A DNA stretch of 64,000 bases from Schizosaccharomyces osmophilus (Eukaryota): the NCBI RefSeq assembly GCF_027921745.1, contig NC_079238.1, forward strand, positions 4,650,001 through 4,714,000, in the 5' to 3' direction. Of this stretch, positions 23,449 to 34,078 are shown in pieces. The notes beneath the pieces were generated by a model that did no database searches, was not told the origin of the DNA, and saw nothing but the letters and a program-made list of their open reading frames with translations. Position numbers and translations under genes: made by a program. Within the stretch, counting starts at the first letter, position 1. Each line of letters starts with the position of its first letter.

Positions 23449-24991
23449 TCACTCAGAATCCTCGCAGGTTACTTGTGTAAGATACTGACCATTGACTTGA
23501 GAATCGGCAACCCCCAATTCATTCCAAGTATGTACACCAGTTCCAAGGTTCCCAACAAACACGGAAACACCAGCACTCTGATCAACAAATGCTGCTTTTG
23601 CTAATGTAGTGTTAATAGCCCCTAAAGCTAAAGTCCACTTTGGCTGAACAACGGCATCTGATTGCTCGCAAGCGTAACCAGAAGGTATATCGATAGATAG
23701 CACTAGGGCATTTTGTTTGTTTATCCAGTTGATCAAAGAAGTTGTTTTTTTGTCATTAGCAGAGTGGAAACCGCTGACAGTATCGACAATTAGCTCAATC
23801 GGAGAAGAAAACTTATCAACAAATTCAGCAAAATTTTCATTTGGCATATGTCCTCCAGCGGCTAAAAACATGAGTAATTGCTTGTTATCAACATTGTAAG
23901 GTGTCAATAAACGAAGAACCACGTTTACACCGATAGCACAGAGTCTTCTTCCAGCTGCAACAGCCGCGGATGCATGGTCATGCTGACCCACGACGATACA
24001 AACTAAAGGCTGGGAGTTATGGTTAGAAGCCGTGAATCGTTTATGTCCACCCAAGACAGAGTATATAAATTGGGAAATAATCTGAGCAGCATTTTCAATG
24101 ACGATATCTGTGCTCGTTTTCGCAATAGCTAATGCTACAGCCTGTGCGAGTATATCGGGTTGAACTGTGCTTAATTTTTCGCCAGACACTGTTCGTATAA
24201 CTGTCGGAGCTAACTGACCATGACGGTCCTTTTTGTTTGAAGTTTCAAAATTAGAACCAACTTTGGAGTTTGATCCTTTCGAAGACGATTCATTAATCAT
24301 CAAGGAAGCCAAGGAAGCATCGATGTTATTTCTAAATTTCTTGGTAAAGGAAGGGCTTGGGTTTTTTGAGTCTGAGGAAATCTCTTTTTCGTTAGAATCC
24401 AAAACATTCTCGTTGGGATGATAGTTTGTAGGATGGTGGCTTTTGTTGTGCGCCACGAGTAATTTTGTAGGGTCTTTCTTATCTTTTTCCTATACAAGGA
24501 TGCATGTTAGTACTATGTCTAGTTCATCAGTCCCTAGAGGCCTTGCAATTAAGCAATGAAGAAATATACTTCTTTCATGCAATGCCTCTTTCTTTTAGTA
24601 TTTGACGTACCCGAAATTCTGCAAATATCTGTTTTTTGTCAAATTTCTCCAAGTTTGCTGCGAAGTCAAACTCGCCATCACAATCCATAGCCCATTGACC
24701 TTTAGAAGAATCATTCTTTGTCTTTGATTTGCTAGGTGTGTTTCCTAAATTGGTGTTGGAAGCCGGCTTTGAGTTATTCTTTTTTGACGATGGTGAGGGT
24801 GAACCAGGGACACTTGGTACAAGTTTTAGGTTTTTTATGTCCGACGTAACTATGCTTTTTGTAGTATTATCCGAGAGTCTTAATTGAAGCGCCGCATTTG
24901 CTGCATCAAAGTTTGCAATAACCCCTTGTGCAACATCTTCATTATTGAGGTATACCTCTACTTTGGAACCATAAAAATCAGCAACAGACAT
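23449..24991 (-). CDS. edc3: Enhancer of mRNA decapping Edc3; 2 exons (24991-24611, 24489-23449)
   Basis: LSm N-terminus MSVADFYGS, FDF motif EFDFAANLEKFDK, YjeF-N-like C-terminus (VLSIDIPSG). Confidence 0.92.
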
Positions 24992-25490
24992 GTCTAATAA
25001 ATTACTGTACAATCTCTCCACAAACGAGAGTTGTATTAATAAAAAAACTGATCGAAAACACTCAAATTCAATGAATGGTAGGTCTATAACATAGATGTTG
25101 TAACTTCATGCAGACCAACTGAAAGCATCACTCTGGTGTGCTAATGTAAATAACGAATTAAAGCATACAGCAAAGTTTATTTCTGGATTATCAACAAAAA
25201 CTTACTCATTAGAAATAGCCATAAAAGGTGGAAACATACAAAGGTTGTTTTATTCATTGTCGAGTAAACAGTAGATATAAGGCGCTATGCTATCTTAGGG
25301 AAACTTTCCAGTATCCTTTTCAACTCAGTTAAAATCGTTCCAACATGAGCATGTCTGAGTCAATTTGAAATTATTTATATTGAAGACTATTTTTGATTTA
25401 AAAGTTTTATTTCAAACAGAAAAAATAAACCAAAACTGAGCCAAGAAAGTGAAACATTTATCAGATGATTAAATCCATAGAACTCTGGGT

Positions 25491-26960
25491 TTATTTGCCA
25501 AGTCCTGCTTTCTTGCAAAGTGATAAGATATCACCAATTTGGTTTTCGTTACCGTGAGTCAAAATTGTGGGCTTTCCTGTTCCTTTTCCAGGATTGTTTA
25601 CATTACCAGTCAAAACTCTTCGAGCAACTCTAGTCAAGTCGGCGGGAGTCAAACTTTCTATCCTTTCACACATTTCCCTGGGAGAAATATAATCACCATT
25701 CTGGGTTTGGACTTGACGTCCTAAATCTTCAAGGGAAATCATTCTGCTTTCCAGGTTCATAAGTAAGGAACTACGAAGCTGATTTTTAGCTCTCTCTGCT
25801 TCTTCTTTGCTAATAGACATGGCAATGCTGCAGAGTTCACGAATTATAATCGGAGCGGCCAAATGAGAAGCATCGTCCAAAATCGTGATAAAGATACCAA
25901 AAAGACCACTATCGGTATAACTGTGATTAAATGCCATGCATGTTTCGACCCAGGGGTACTGGTTCAGGACGTCTAAATACAAACGAGAATACATACCTTT
26001 TCCAGGGCCTCCAGCACTAAAGGATCCACCGCCTCCTAGCAAGAATTGAAGACAAGCCAATGCATAAATATCGGGGTCAGTAACCGATAACCCCTCCATA
26101 GCTATTAATACATGGGAAAACTCCTGTTGATAGGGAACCAAAGGCGCTTCTTTTTTGTTGATTGACATACTTCCACCAGTGTAATGGGAATATTCCGATG
26201 ACACCGGGGGTTGATTTGATTTTGGTAGATGACCATAAAATTCCTCGGTTATGTTTCGAGCGACGTTTTCGGGAATACCAGAATAAGCAAGTGTCATATT
26301 TTTTGGATGATAGAAATGTTCTAAATAACTGTGGATGCTATCTTCTGTCACAGAAGATGCCTTTTCAGGTGGGCAAAGCAAGGAGTTACCAAGGGTGTTA
26401 TTTTTGAAAGCAGTAACATGAGCCAATTCACCCAAAAGAGCGTCCGGCTTCGTCCAAAGCTCTGAATTTTCATAGTTGATGCTGTCACGATAATGCATAA
26501 GACCATCTTCTGAAATTTCAGGATAAAGAACGGTTTCTGATAAAAGTTTCGCCATTTTTTTAAAATCTTCGTTAAACACAGCAGTTTGGTAAATCATCGA
26601 CTCTCGACTAGTTGCACACATATAGTTACCGCCTAGAATCTCAAGCTTTGCTTTCATATCTTCTACCGATGTGTACTTTGTCCCTTGGAAAGCAAGTCGA
26701 TCCATAAAGTGACTAATCCCTGTTAATTCTTTTGTTTCATAACGAGATCCTGCGTTTACATATACGCCAAGGCCTGTAAAGTGCCCTGGTCGTGGATCTG
26801 TAACGTAGGTAATTCCATTGTCTAATTTTTGAGATCGAATAGGATATTCTTCAAGTTCATTCGTAGAGAAAAAATTTTTTGTTCTTAAACATGACTTTAA
26901 TCCATGCTTATATGAAGGTAAAATCCCAACATTTGAGCGTAAATTGAGTGGAAGTTTCAT
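25491..26960 (-). CDS. mas2: Mitochondrial processing peptidase alpha subunit
   Basis: AGSRYE, SHFMDRLAF, glycine loop LLGGGGSFSAGGPGKGMYSRLY. Confidence 0.96.
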   Translation of the reverse strand: MKLPLNLRSNVGILPSYKHGLKSCLRTKNFFSTNELEEYPIRSQKLDNGITYVTDPRPGHFTGLGVYVNAGSRYETKELTGISHFMDRLAFQGTKYTSVEDMKAKLEILGGNYMCATSRESMIYQTAVFNEDFKKMAKLLSETVLYPEISEDGLMHYRDSINYENSELWTKPDALLGELAHVTAFKNNTLGNSLLCPPEKASSVTEDSIHSYLEHFYHPKNMTLAYSGIPENVARNITEEFYGHLPKSNQPPVSSEYSHYTGGSMSINKKEAPLVPYQQEFSHVLIAMEGLSVTDPDIYALACLQFLLGGGGSFSAGGPGKGMYSRLYLDVLNQYPWVETCMAFNHSYTDSGLFGIFITILDDASHLAAPIIIRELCSIAMSISKEEAERAKNQLRSSLLMNLESRMISLEDLGRQVQTQNGDYISPREMCERIESLTPADLTRVARRVLTGNVNNPGKGTGKPTILTHGNENQIGDILSLCKKAGLGK

Positions 26961-27697
26961 TACTCGCACACTTCGTGGTGGTGCTAATTGAGGTGTGCAG
27001 TGAAGAGAGTGTCAAGCGCACCGACAAGGAATACCTTGTTTGAGGAAGTGAAATTCGATAGAATAAAAAAGAAATCTTCGTAGCATACTTCCAAACATTT
27101 GTTCGTTGGCCATTGCCTACCAATGGTCGGGATTTTTTCACAACCGAGCATTGGAAGCTGTACCTTTGTTAAATTGTTTATAGACGATATTCTTCCCGTT
27201 CTCTTACGATTGTAAAAGGTCTTTCTGATGTTCCTTTTCATACAAGCTGGACGTTTCATAACCTCATTTTTGCGTACTACTTCGGCGAGTTTCTAAAGCC
27301 GCTTTCGCAATGTCCTACGTTCTAAGTTAACTATTTTAAAAAGACAACAGGCCTTTTCAGATAACTCTTCGCGTGCTGATTTATTCAACAGGGAGATATC
27401 ACTTTCAATGAGAATTTATACTCTTCTATTCTGATACTAACATCTTGTTTATTAACGTATAACTGCAAGCGATACTGTAAACGGTGACGTTGGTAGAAAC
27501 ACCGAAAATGAATGTAATCACACACTCTCGGTCAGTCTTTCTTGTTGTCTTCGAGGCCTTTTGAATTCTATCATTTAAGAAAAGCAGTTCTTAATCACGC
27601 ATTTCATTCCATAAACTGGCCGTTTGAAACAAAAGCGCTGGGTTTGCTTGGATTATATATTTATATATGAACGTATAACTGTTAATCATCGGAAGTC

Positions 27698-28399
27698 ATG
27701 AGTATGTTACGAAATCTTCTATTTAAGCGTAGTATTACCTGCGGCCCATCATTTATAACATCCCAAATTCCCTGGCCGCGACTCAGCTGTTTTCGATATT
27801 TTCATTCTTCGTTCGTTTCACGTACCAATCTTAGTGAGTCTTTGAAAGAGTATTTCAAGGGGAGACTTAACGAAAGCATTGCATCTGAATATGTGTTTAT
27901 GCGGATGAAGGAAGATGGACGCCCAAATAAGCTTACGTGGTGTAGTCTCCATCAAGCAATTTCAAACGCTAGGGACATGGGAGATCATGCAGTGCTAAAA
28001 GTTGCAGACCGTTCAGAAAATGTAGAGCATCCTATTTGTGTTTATGCTCCAATTCAACTGTTGGAGAACAAGCAAAATGAAAAAGCTGTACAGGAAGACA
28101 AAATCCGTCGATCAAAACATAAGAGTAAAACTCGTTTACGATACATACTTTTGTCATGGAGAATTGATAATAACGATTTGGAAAGAAAACTAAAAGGAGC
28201 CGAAAAATTCCTTCAATCTGGTATTGCGGTAGAAATTCATGTCGAAGGAAAGAAAAATACTCCTCCAGCCTCTCCTGAACAAAAACAACAGATTATAGCT
28301 GCAATCACTCGATTAAGTCGTACTGCCAAGGAATCAACGCCTCCTAGCATTACCAAACACTCTGCTATTTTTAATTATCAAGGTGTCGAAAACAACTAG
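27698..28399 (+). CDS. mti3: Mitochondrial translation initiation factor IF3-like
   Basis: Presequence-like N-terminus; IF3-C-like segment LSWRIDNNDLERKLKGAEKFLQSG; synteny. Confidence 0.75.
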   Translation: MSMLRNLLFKRSITCGPSFITSQIPWPRLSCFRYFHSSFVSRTNLSESLKEYFKGRLNESIASEYVFMRMKEDGRPNKLTWCSLHQAISNARDMGDHAVLKVADRSENVEHPICVYAPIQLLENKQNEKAVQEDKIRRSKHKSKTRLRYILLSWRIDNNDLERKLKGAEKFLQSGIAVEIHVEGKKNTPPASPEQKQQIIAAITRLSRTAKESTPPSITKHSAIFNYQGVENN

Positions 28400-28865
28400 C
28401 TTCTAAGAACCATCCTTTCATAATCCCCCTTTTTTATGATAGTTTGCCCTTTTAATCTCCACTTCGTCTTAAAAGATAACTTGGCGCTTGTTTCTGCACC
28501 TGCTCAAGGGACTTCAAGCAAGAGACCAAGACCTACTAAGATTTTCATTACTTTGAAATCATTCACCTGCCTCCTTCTTCTGTTGCATAAATATTTGATA
28601 TTTTATTGCTATTTTTTAAGTAGACTATCAATTGAAACATTTCATTAAAATTAACCTATTAGACAATACTTTATTCTTAAGCCTTGTGTAGACTTCTTAC
28701 CTACCTACAATAGCTAAAACCTCGCAACGTATATTGAGGAAGACACCTTTTTTAATTAAAGAAACAACCAACTTTCTGTCTTAAAAGTAAATCTTTGTCT
28801 TAATAAAGGTTTCTTAATTGACTCGATATTGAATTGATTGACAACCATTCCTTACAATTGAAACC

Positions 28866-29318
28866 ATGGATCACGGCCACGATGATGGAAGTTCAATTAT
28901 TAAGCACTGTTCCATGAAAATGACATTTAATACTGACTATAATAATCTTTGTATCGTCTTCAAGCAATGGCATATTGGTTCTGGTTTGCAATTTGCCATT
29001 TCCTTGCTGGCCATTGTTTTTCTTGGATTCGCCTTTGAAAAACTACGTAGCTATAATTCTATCAAAGAATGTGATTTTCAACGCTCTTATGCCGAGCAAA
29101 CAAATGGACTACTTACGGCTTCGAAACGATCGGGAAAGATCAGTCGTCCATTGTGCCTTTGTGCCTTGTATGCTCTTCAACTCATATTCTCTTATTTCTT
29201 AATGCTCGTTGCTATGACTTACAATGCCTATGTAATTGCTGCAATTGCCATCGGTGCTGCCTGGGGCTACCGTCATTCACATTCTGATAGTCTACAGACT
29301 ATTGGTCTTTGCCATTAA
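28866..29318 (+). CDS. ctr6: Vacuolar copper transporter (Ctr family)
   Basis: CSMKMTFN, YFLMLVAMTYN (MxxxM), C-terminal CH. Confidence 0.9.
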   Translation: MDHGHDDGSSIIKHCSMKMTFNTDYNNLCIVFKQWHIGSGLQFAISLLAIVFLGFAFEKLRSYNSIKECDFQRSYAEQTNGLLTASKRSGKISRPLCLCALYALQLIFSYFLMLVAMTYNAYVIAAIAIGAAWGYRHSHSDSLQTIGLCH

Positions 29319-29699
29319 TAATCGTTGCTTCTTCTCGCCCTCTTTTTTTACGCCTCTTACAGTCCTTGAACACCAAAACTTTGTAGTTAGTGCTGTAATT
29401 CTTTAGGAACTCTTTAATGCTTTATGAATCCCTCATTTTGCTTCGACTTCATAGTATTTGCTAACGAAACAATGTTTGTCCTTGCAAAAATTTCTTCATG
29501 AATACGAGGTTTTGGATATTTACTTATCTGTAGATGCTTTATGAATGATTATTTCTTATTTTGTATATTGTACAATAGTTAACGCGCTCTTCACTGATAC
29601 TGATTATAACCTGGAAAACCAAAGAACATAAATATTTAAAAAACAAAACCATTTGAAGGACAATACGTCTTCAATTCTTAAGCTCCGTAAAGAAAATCA

Positions 29700-31721
29700 T
29701 TAAAGATAACGAACCGCCGATATAAAATTTCGAAACTTTGCCTTCGTTTTTCCATTCAATTTTACCGTGTTTACTTCAATGTTTTCCAGTATGTTAATAA
29801 CAAGAGTCACTTCTTTTGCTGCCGGCACGTTATAATTCAAGGGAAGATTGTACTTAGGTTTGTAAATCCATTTGCATTTTTGTGGAGGTAATAATCCCTG
29901 CGACTCAGCCAACAAGAAGTAATTAGCAGCCATTTGAGAATCCTTGTCGGCAACTGTTCCTAAAGAAAATTGAATTCCTGCTTCAAACTGAGCATCAACA
30001 TCTCCCCAAGCTCCGCTAAGCTTTATGAGATGTATACCCAATGGCCGATCCCTTGTGATGCCCCAGCCGTGCATAAAGCAGACAGCTAACTCATACAATA
30101 CTAGAGCGAGTAATAGTCGATCCGTAGTGTATCGCTTTGATTCTAATTCTGACGTGTATGTACTGTCAGAATTGACGGTAGCTTCCTGTAGAGAAATTGA
30201 CAGTTCACGCAAAAGGAAAGTAGCCGTTTTGAGAAGGAAAAGAAAAGAAACATGTGTTTTAGGAGAACAAGCCAATCCATGTCGAAGGTATAATCCATAA
30301 ATAAAAGAAGCCGTGTGATCGTCACGCCTAGCCGCAAAGCTGGAGTGTAAGAAGCCTTTGTTGAAATCATTAGAAAGATGATACCGAATCGCTTGATGCA
30401 AATGGTCTTCTTTAGATAAGTTTTCATATTTGAATAAGTTATTTTGAAAGGGGCTAAGGTCGGTTTTTAGGTTGGTATAGGGAATATCAACATGATTTTC
30501 ATCTACAAACTGAATTGCACTCATTGTCAAAGCTTGCAATGAAAACTCCAAATGTCGAAGAATCGGATATTCTAACCGAGTGGAAAGAGGAAGAAGTCTG
30601 AACGAATTGCTCAAGTCAACGTTGTGTGATTTGTTTTCTGCAAAACTTTGATAAATGTTAATGGATTTATTGATGGAGACCATTGTCTTGTTCAGATTAG
30701 CCCTTTCTTTGTCTGCTCTCTTCAAAAACGGAGATTGAGTTCTGAAAATAGAGACCGTTTGATGCTTTGGAGCGGACCTGGTAAATTGAATTGCTCCATG
30801 CAATGCTGCTGGACGGCTTTGACTGCCCAACGGGGAATCAAGGGATGATGATGATTGATTAGTGGTAGCAGCGTCATTTTGTTGGTCTCTTATGATAGCA
30901 GAAAAATCACCTACGTTAGAGGAGTTGGATATGTTGCTGATATTGTAAAATTCCGCAGAGGTCTCAGGACTGTTTAACGCCTCACTGGAATGTGAAACAG
31001 TCAAGGTACTTTCTAAGGATCTGACAGGTGGAGAAGAGCTTCCAAGAATAGTTGGGGAAGTAGAAGATCTGAGTACAGGAGGGCGGTTCGCAGAGGGAGC
31101 GCTTGGATTTGTTTCACGTTGAGGGGATGAAGCGGGCAATGCCAAATCATTCGGTTTTAGGAAATCAATCTGTTGACGGTATGGAGCGTTCGGTGGATGA
31201 AGTGATTTGAAGTATTCATCGTCGTCAAAATGATTGGCGACGGCATCATTATATTCAGAATTTGAAGACAGACGGGATTCAGCGTAAAGCTTTTCAGAGT
31301 ATTCAAAATCGTCATCTTCGTCATTATCGGGAGTGCCGAAAACGCTGCTTAGTTGTTTAGCAACATAATAATGATCCTCGTCATAGACACTAGGACCATG
31401 CGTTGCCATGGAGGAATGTGATTCTGAAGGGGTTAGAGGGGAGCCTGTTCGATGCATAGAAATCCCAGGAACTTTGTCTTTGGGTAAAACAAGACAGTCT
31501 TCAGATTTCGAGATTGGAGAATTCGCATAAGTATGCAAATTGAGTTGACGAGTTAAATCGCGGTGTTTTCGGGCTAAGGCGTCTAGCGGAGAAAGGCCAT
31601 GGTAGCCACTTCGACGAGAACCATCCAAACTTTCACCGTCCAATTTTGTATCAACAGACAAAGGACTACTTTGAATTTTGCTGAGGCCACCACTTGAGAG
31701 TTGCTGTTCCACTTCAGACAT
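29700..31721 (-). CDS. nif1: SEL1-repeat protein Nif1 (Nim1/Cdr1 inhibitor)
   Basis: YGLYLRHGLAC, YELAVCFMHGWG, GAWGDVDAQ; first ATG 31721 (the upstream ORF extension is low-complexity T-rich sequence). Confidence 0.85.
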   Translation of the reverse strand: MSEVEQQLSSGGLSKIQSSPLSVDTKLDGESLDGSRRSGYHGLSPLDALARKHRDLTRQLNLHTYANSPISKSEDCLVLPKDKVPGISMHRTGSPLTPSESHSSMATHGPSVYDEDHYYVAKQLSSVFGTPDNDEDDDFEYSEKLYAESRLSSNSEYNDAVANHFDDDEYFKSLHPPNAPYRQQIDFLKPNDLALPASSPQRETNPSAPSANRPPVLRSSTSPTILGSSSPPVRSLESTLTVSHSSEALNSPETSAEFYNISNISNSSNVGDFSAIIRDQQNDAATTNQSSSSLDSPLGSQSRPAALHGAIQFTRSAPKHQTVSIFRTQSPFLKRADKERANLNKTMVSINKSINIYQSFAENKSHNVDLSNSFRLLPLSTRLEYPILRHLEFSLQALTMSAIQFVDENHVDIPYTNLKTDLSPFQNNLFKYENLSKEDHLHQAIRYHLSNDFNKGFLHSSFAARRDDHTASFIYGLYLRHGLACSPKTHVSFLFLLKTATFLLRELSISLQEATVNSDSTYTSELESKRYTTDRLLLALVLYELAVCFMHGWGITRDRPLGIHLIKLSGAWGDVDAQFEAGIQFSLGTVADKDSQMAANYFLLAESQGLLPPQKCKWIYKPKYNLPLNYNVPAAKEVTLVINILENIEVNTVKLNGKTKAKFRNFISAVRYL

Positions 31722-33329
31722 TTCAATCAACAAAAAAAGAAAACTGAACGAAAGGAAAAAACGAGTCGTAAAGAGGATAGCTAAGAAACGCTTAAAAAGA
31801 AGAAAGGGAATAAAAATAAAAGTAAAAACGAAAAAGTTATATAGAGTATGCAGAAAAAGTATCAAAAACGAACGACAACAGCTTAAACGAATCAAGATAC
31901 TTGCGAAAATGAAACAAAGCGCAAGATGAATAAGAAAACCAAAACGAAAGTGAATAAGGCGTTGAAATGAATGAATGAGAAATTTAAGATAGAAGAGAAT
32001 AAAAGACAAGATAAATCAACGCAGTGTTCTATCACTGAATACAATGTAGGGAAAACTCCTGCGGGAGTTGGACAGACAATTACCTTTTAAAAGGTTTTTA
32101 AAAGGTCTTAAAACATAGAATCAATAGAAAGAAAATAAATTTACTAGCTTCTTCTTCTGCGATACAGAAAAAGCAAATTATTGAATTATGGTCGTGAGAT
32201 TAGGTGGTGGATGGGTTGCATTTGGCCAGCGTATTAGGCTAACCTTTTTTACAGTGTCAAGTTTGGTAACATATTAAGTGCGAGCATAAACGGGTCTAGT
32301 GTATATTAAATTTTATTTGGTAACATATGTGCAATATTGGATTAGCTTATTAAACTACAGTCTCGTTTAAAAATGGTAGGATGGGTAGAAAAGCAAAACA
32401 ATTTAAACCGAAAAGAGAGCGATTCACCAAAAGAATAAATCGACAAGAACCAATACGTATGTTGGAACAGAGTCCGTTTCCAACGGTTAACTGTATGTCG
32501 TTGTTTGGTTTGTTTTATTGATACATCCAACTTTTCCAAGCAGAAAATAAACAAACCGAAATAGCAAAATAAACAAAGGAAAGGAACTAAAAAAACAAGA
32601 GAAAAAACTTCAGTCCCATGCTGTAAAAAAAAAAAAAAAAAGGAAGAAAAAAAGAAAAAGCTGCGTAAACACAATTGATGTAAACAAACAAGTGAAAAAA
32701 AAAAAAAAAAATAGCGAAAAAATGCTAATACTACCCATAAAGTCTTTCTATTAGGAAAAAAAATAAATAAATAAAAAGAAAAGCTATAATGAACATGCTT
32801 GTAGGATTGTGCGTTTGTTTTCCATGTCGTTTGTAATCTATTCTGTTCATTACGACCAAATGAAAATCCACAACAAGCATTGTATGACAAAAGGTAGGGA
32901 TCAAAAGCCATCTTATATAATTTTGTAACAAGGACCAAAAAAGAAAAGATTTATCGTTCACTGAATACCCAAGTGCCTTCCATAGAACCCGACCCTTTTG
33001 TTTACATTTGAGCCTGTGCTGAAGGCGACATTGTAAACGCCCCCACCTAAACACAACAATTATGAATACATGCCCCCAGTAAAAGCACAGTACGTTGCAG
33101 TTCAATATAATATTTAGCGAAAAAAAGGAAATTTTGCCATCACCGTTTTGCCCATTTGATTAGGAAAATAAATAAATTTAATCCTATTTTATTGATTTTA
33201 TTAACACTTTTTTTTTCTTTATAAGTAGCACCTCACCTCCATGCAGAACCTCTAACTAACACCTTAACCTATTTGGTAAAGAAAAAGAACTTTTATTCTT
33301 TTTTCATTCAGGAACTGCGTTTACGTTTT

Positions 33330-33867
33330 ATGTCTGCTATTCAAAACTTCAATACAATTGGTAAGTTGCAAATTGAAAGAGGATTCGGAAAAAAGGCCAA
33401 AATTATTGTCAACGCGTTTTTTAGAGTAGAGAGCAGGATGATTGCAGTTTAGATTTAAATTCATGAATTATTACGTTTATGTTTCACTTATTTGGCTGAT
33501 CTTGGTCTTTGGAATCCATCTTTGAGTGGAAATTTTTCATACATGGGAGCAGTACTAACTTATATTAGATCCTTTTGCTGACACTGGTGATGATGATGCT
33601 CAGCCTCTGAATAACATTCATATTCGTATCCAGCAGAGAAATGGTCGTAAAACTTTAACCACTGTCCAAGGTCTTCCTCGTGAATTTGACTTGAAGCGTA
33701 TCTTGCGTGTTTTGAAAAAGGACTTTGCTTGTAACGGTACTATCGTAAAGGACGATGATTTGGGTGAAGTCATCCAACTTCAAGGCGACCAACGTGTTAA
33801 CGTTATGCAATTTTTGACCCAGCAATTGGGCATGCAAAAAAAGAACATTAAAATCCACGGTTTCTAG
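33330..33867 (+). CDS. sui1: Translation initiation factor eIF1; 2 exons (33330-33360, 33569-33867), 109 aa
   Basis: MSAIQNFNTI/DPFADTG...IHIRIQQRNGRKTLTTVQG...FACNGT...IQLQGDQR...IKIHGF. Confidence 0.97.
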
Positions 33868-34078
33868 ATGTTTTTTCTTTCGACATCATGTCGTCTCTCT
33901 TTACTAGTCTTTAGATGAAGATTAATGTAATGAGTGGCGTCTGCCCTGTATAAATGTTTTATTGCCTATGGAAAATATTTAGCATCTAATAAACTACATG
34001 TTGTTAGCTCCGTTTGGCATATATACATATATTGCCTGTGTCCTCGTAGTATATTATTTATTTACATGAGCTCATAAG

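Noticed and set aside
26984..27259. 91-aa ORF between mas2 and mti3
   Set aside because: No recognisable family and no convincing splice model; a small gene cannot be excluded
31722..33105. Hydrophobic N-terminal extension of nif1 and F-rich ORFs upstream
   Set aside because: Translations of poly(A/T) promoter or UTR sequence; no credible start
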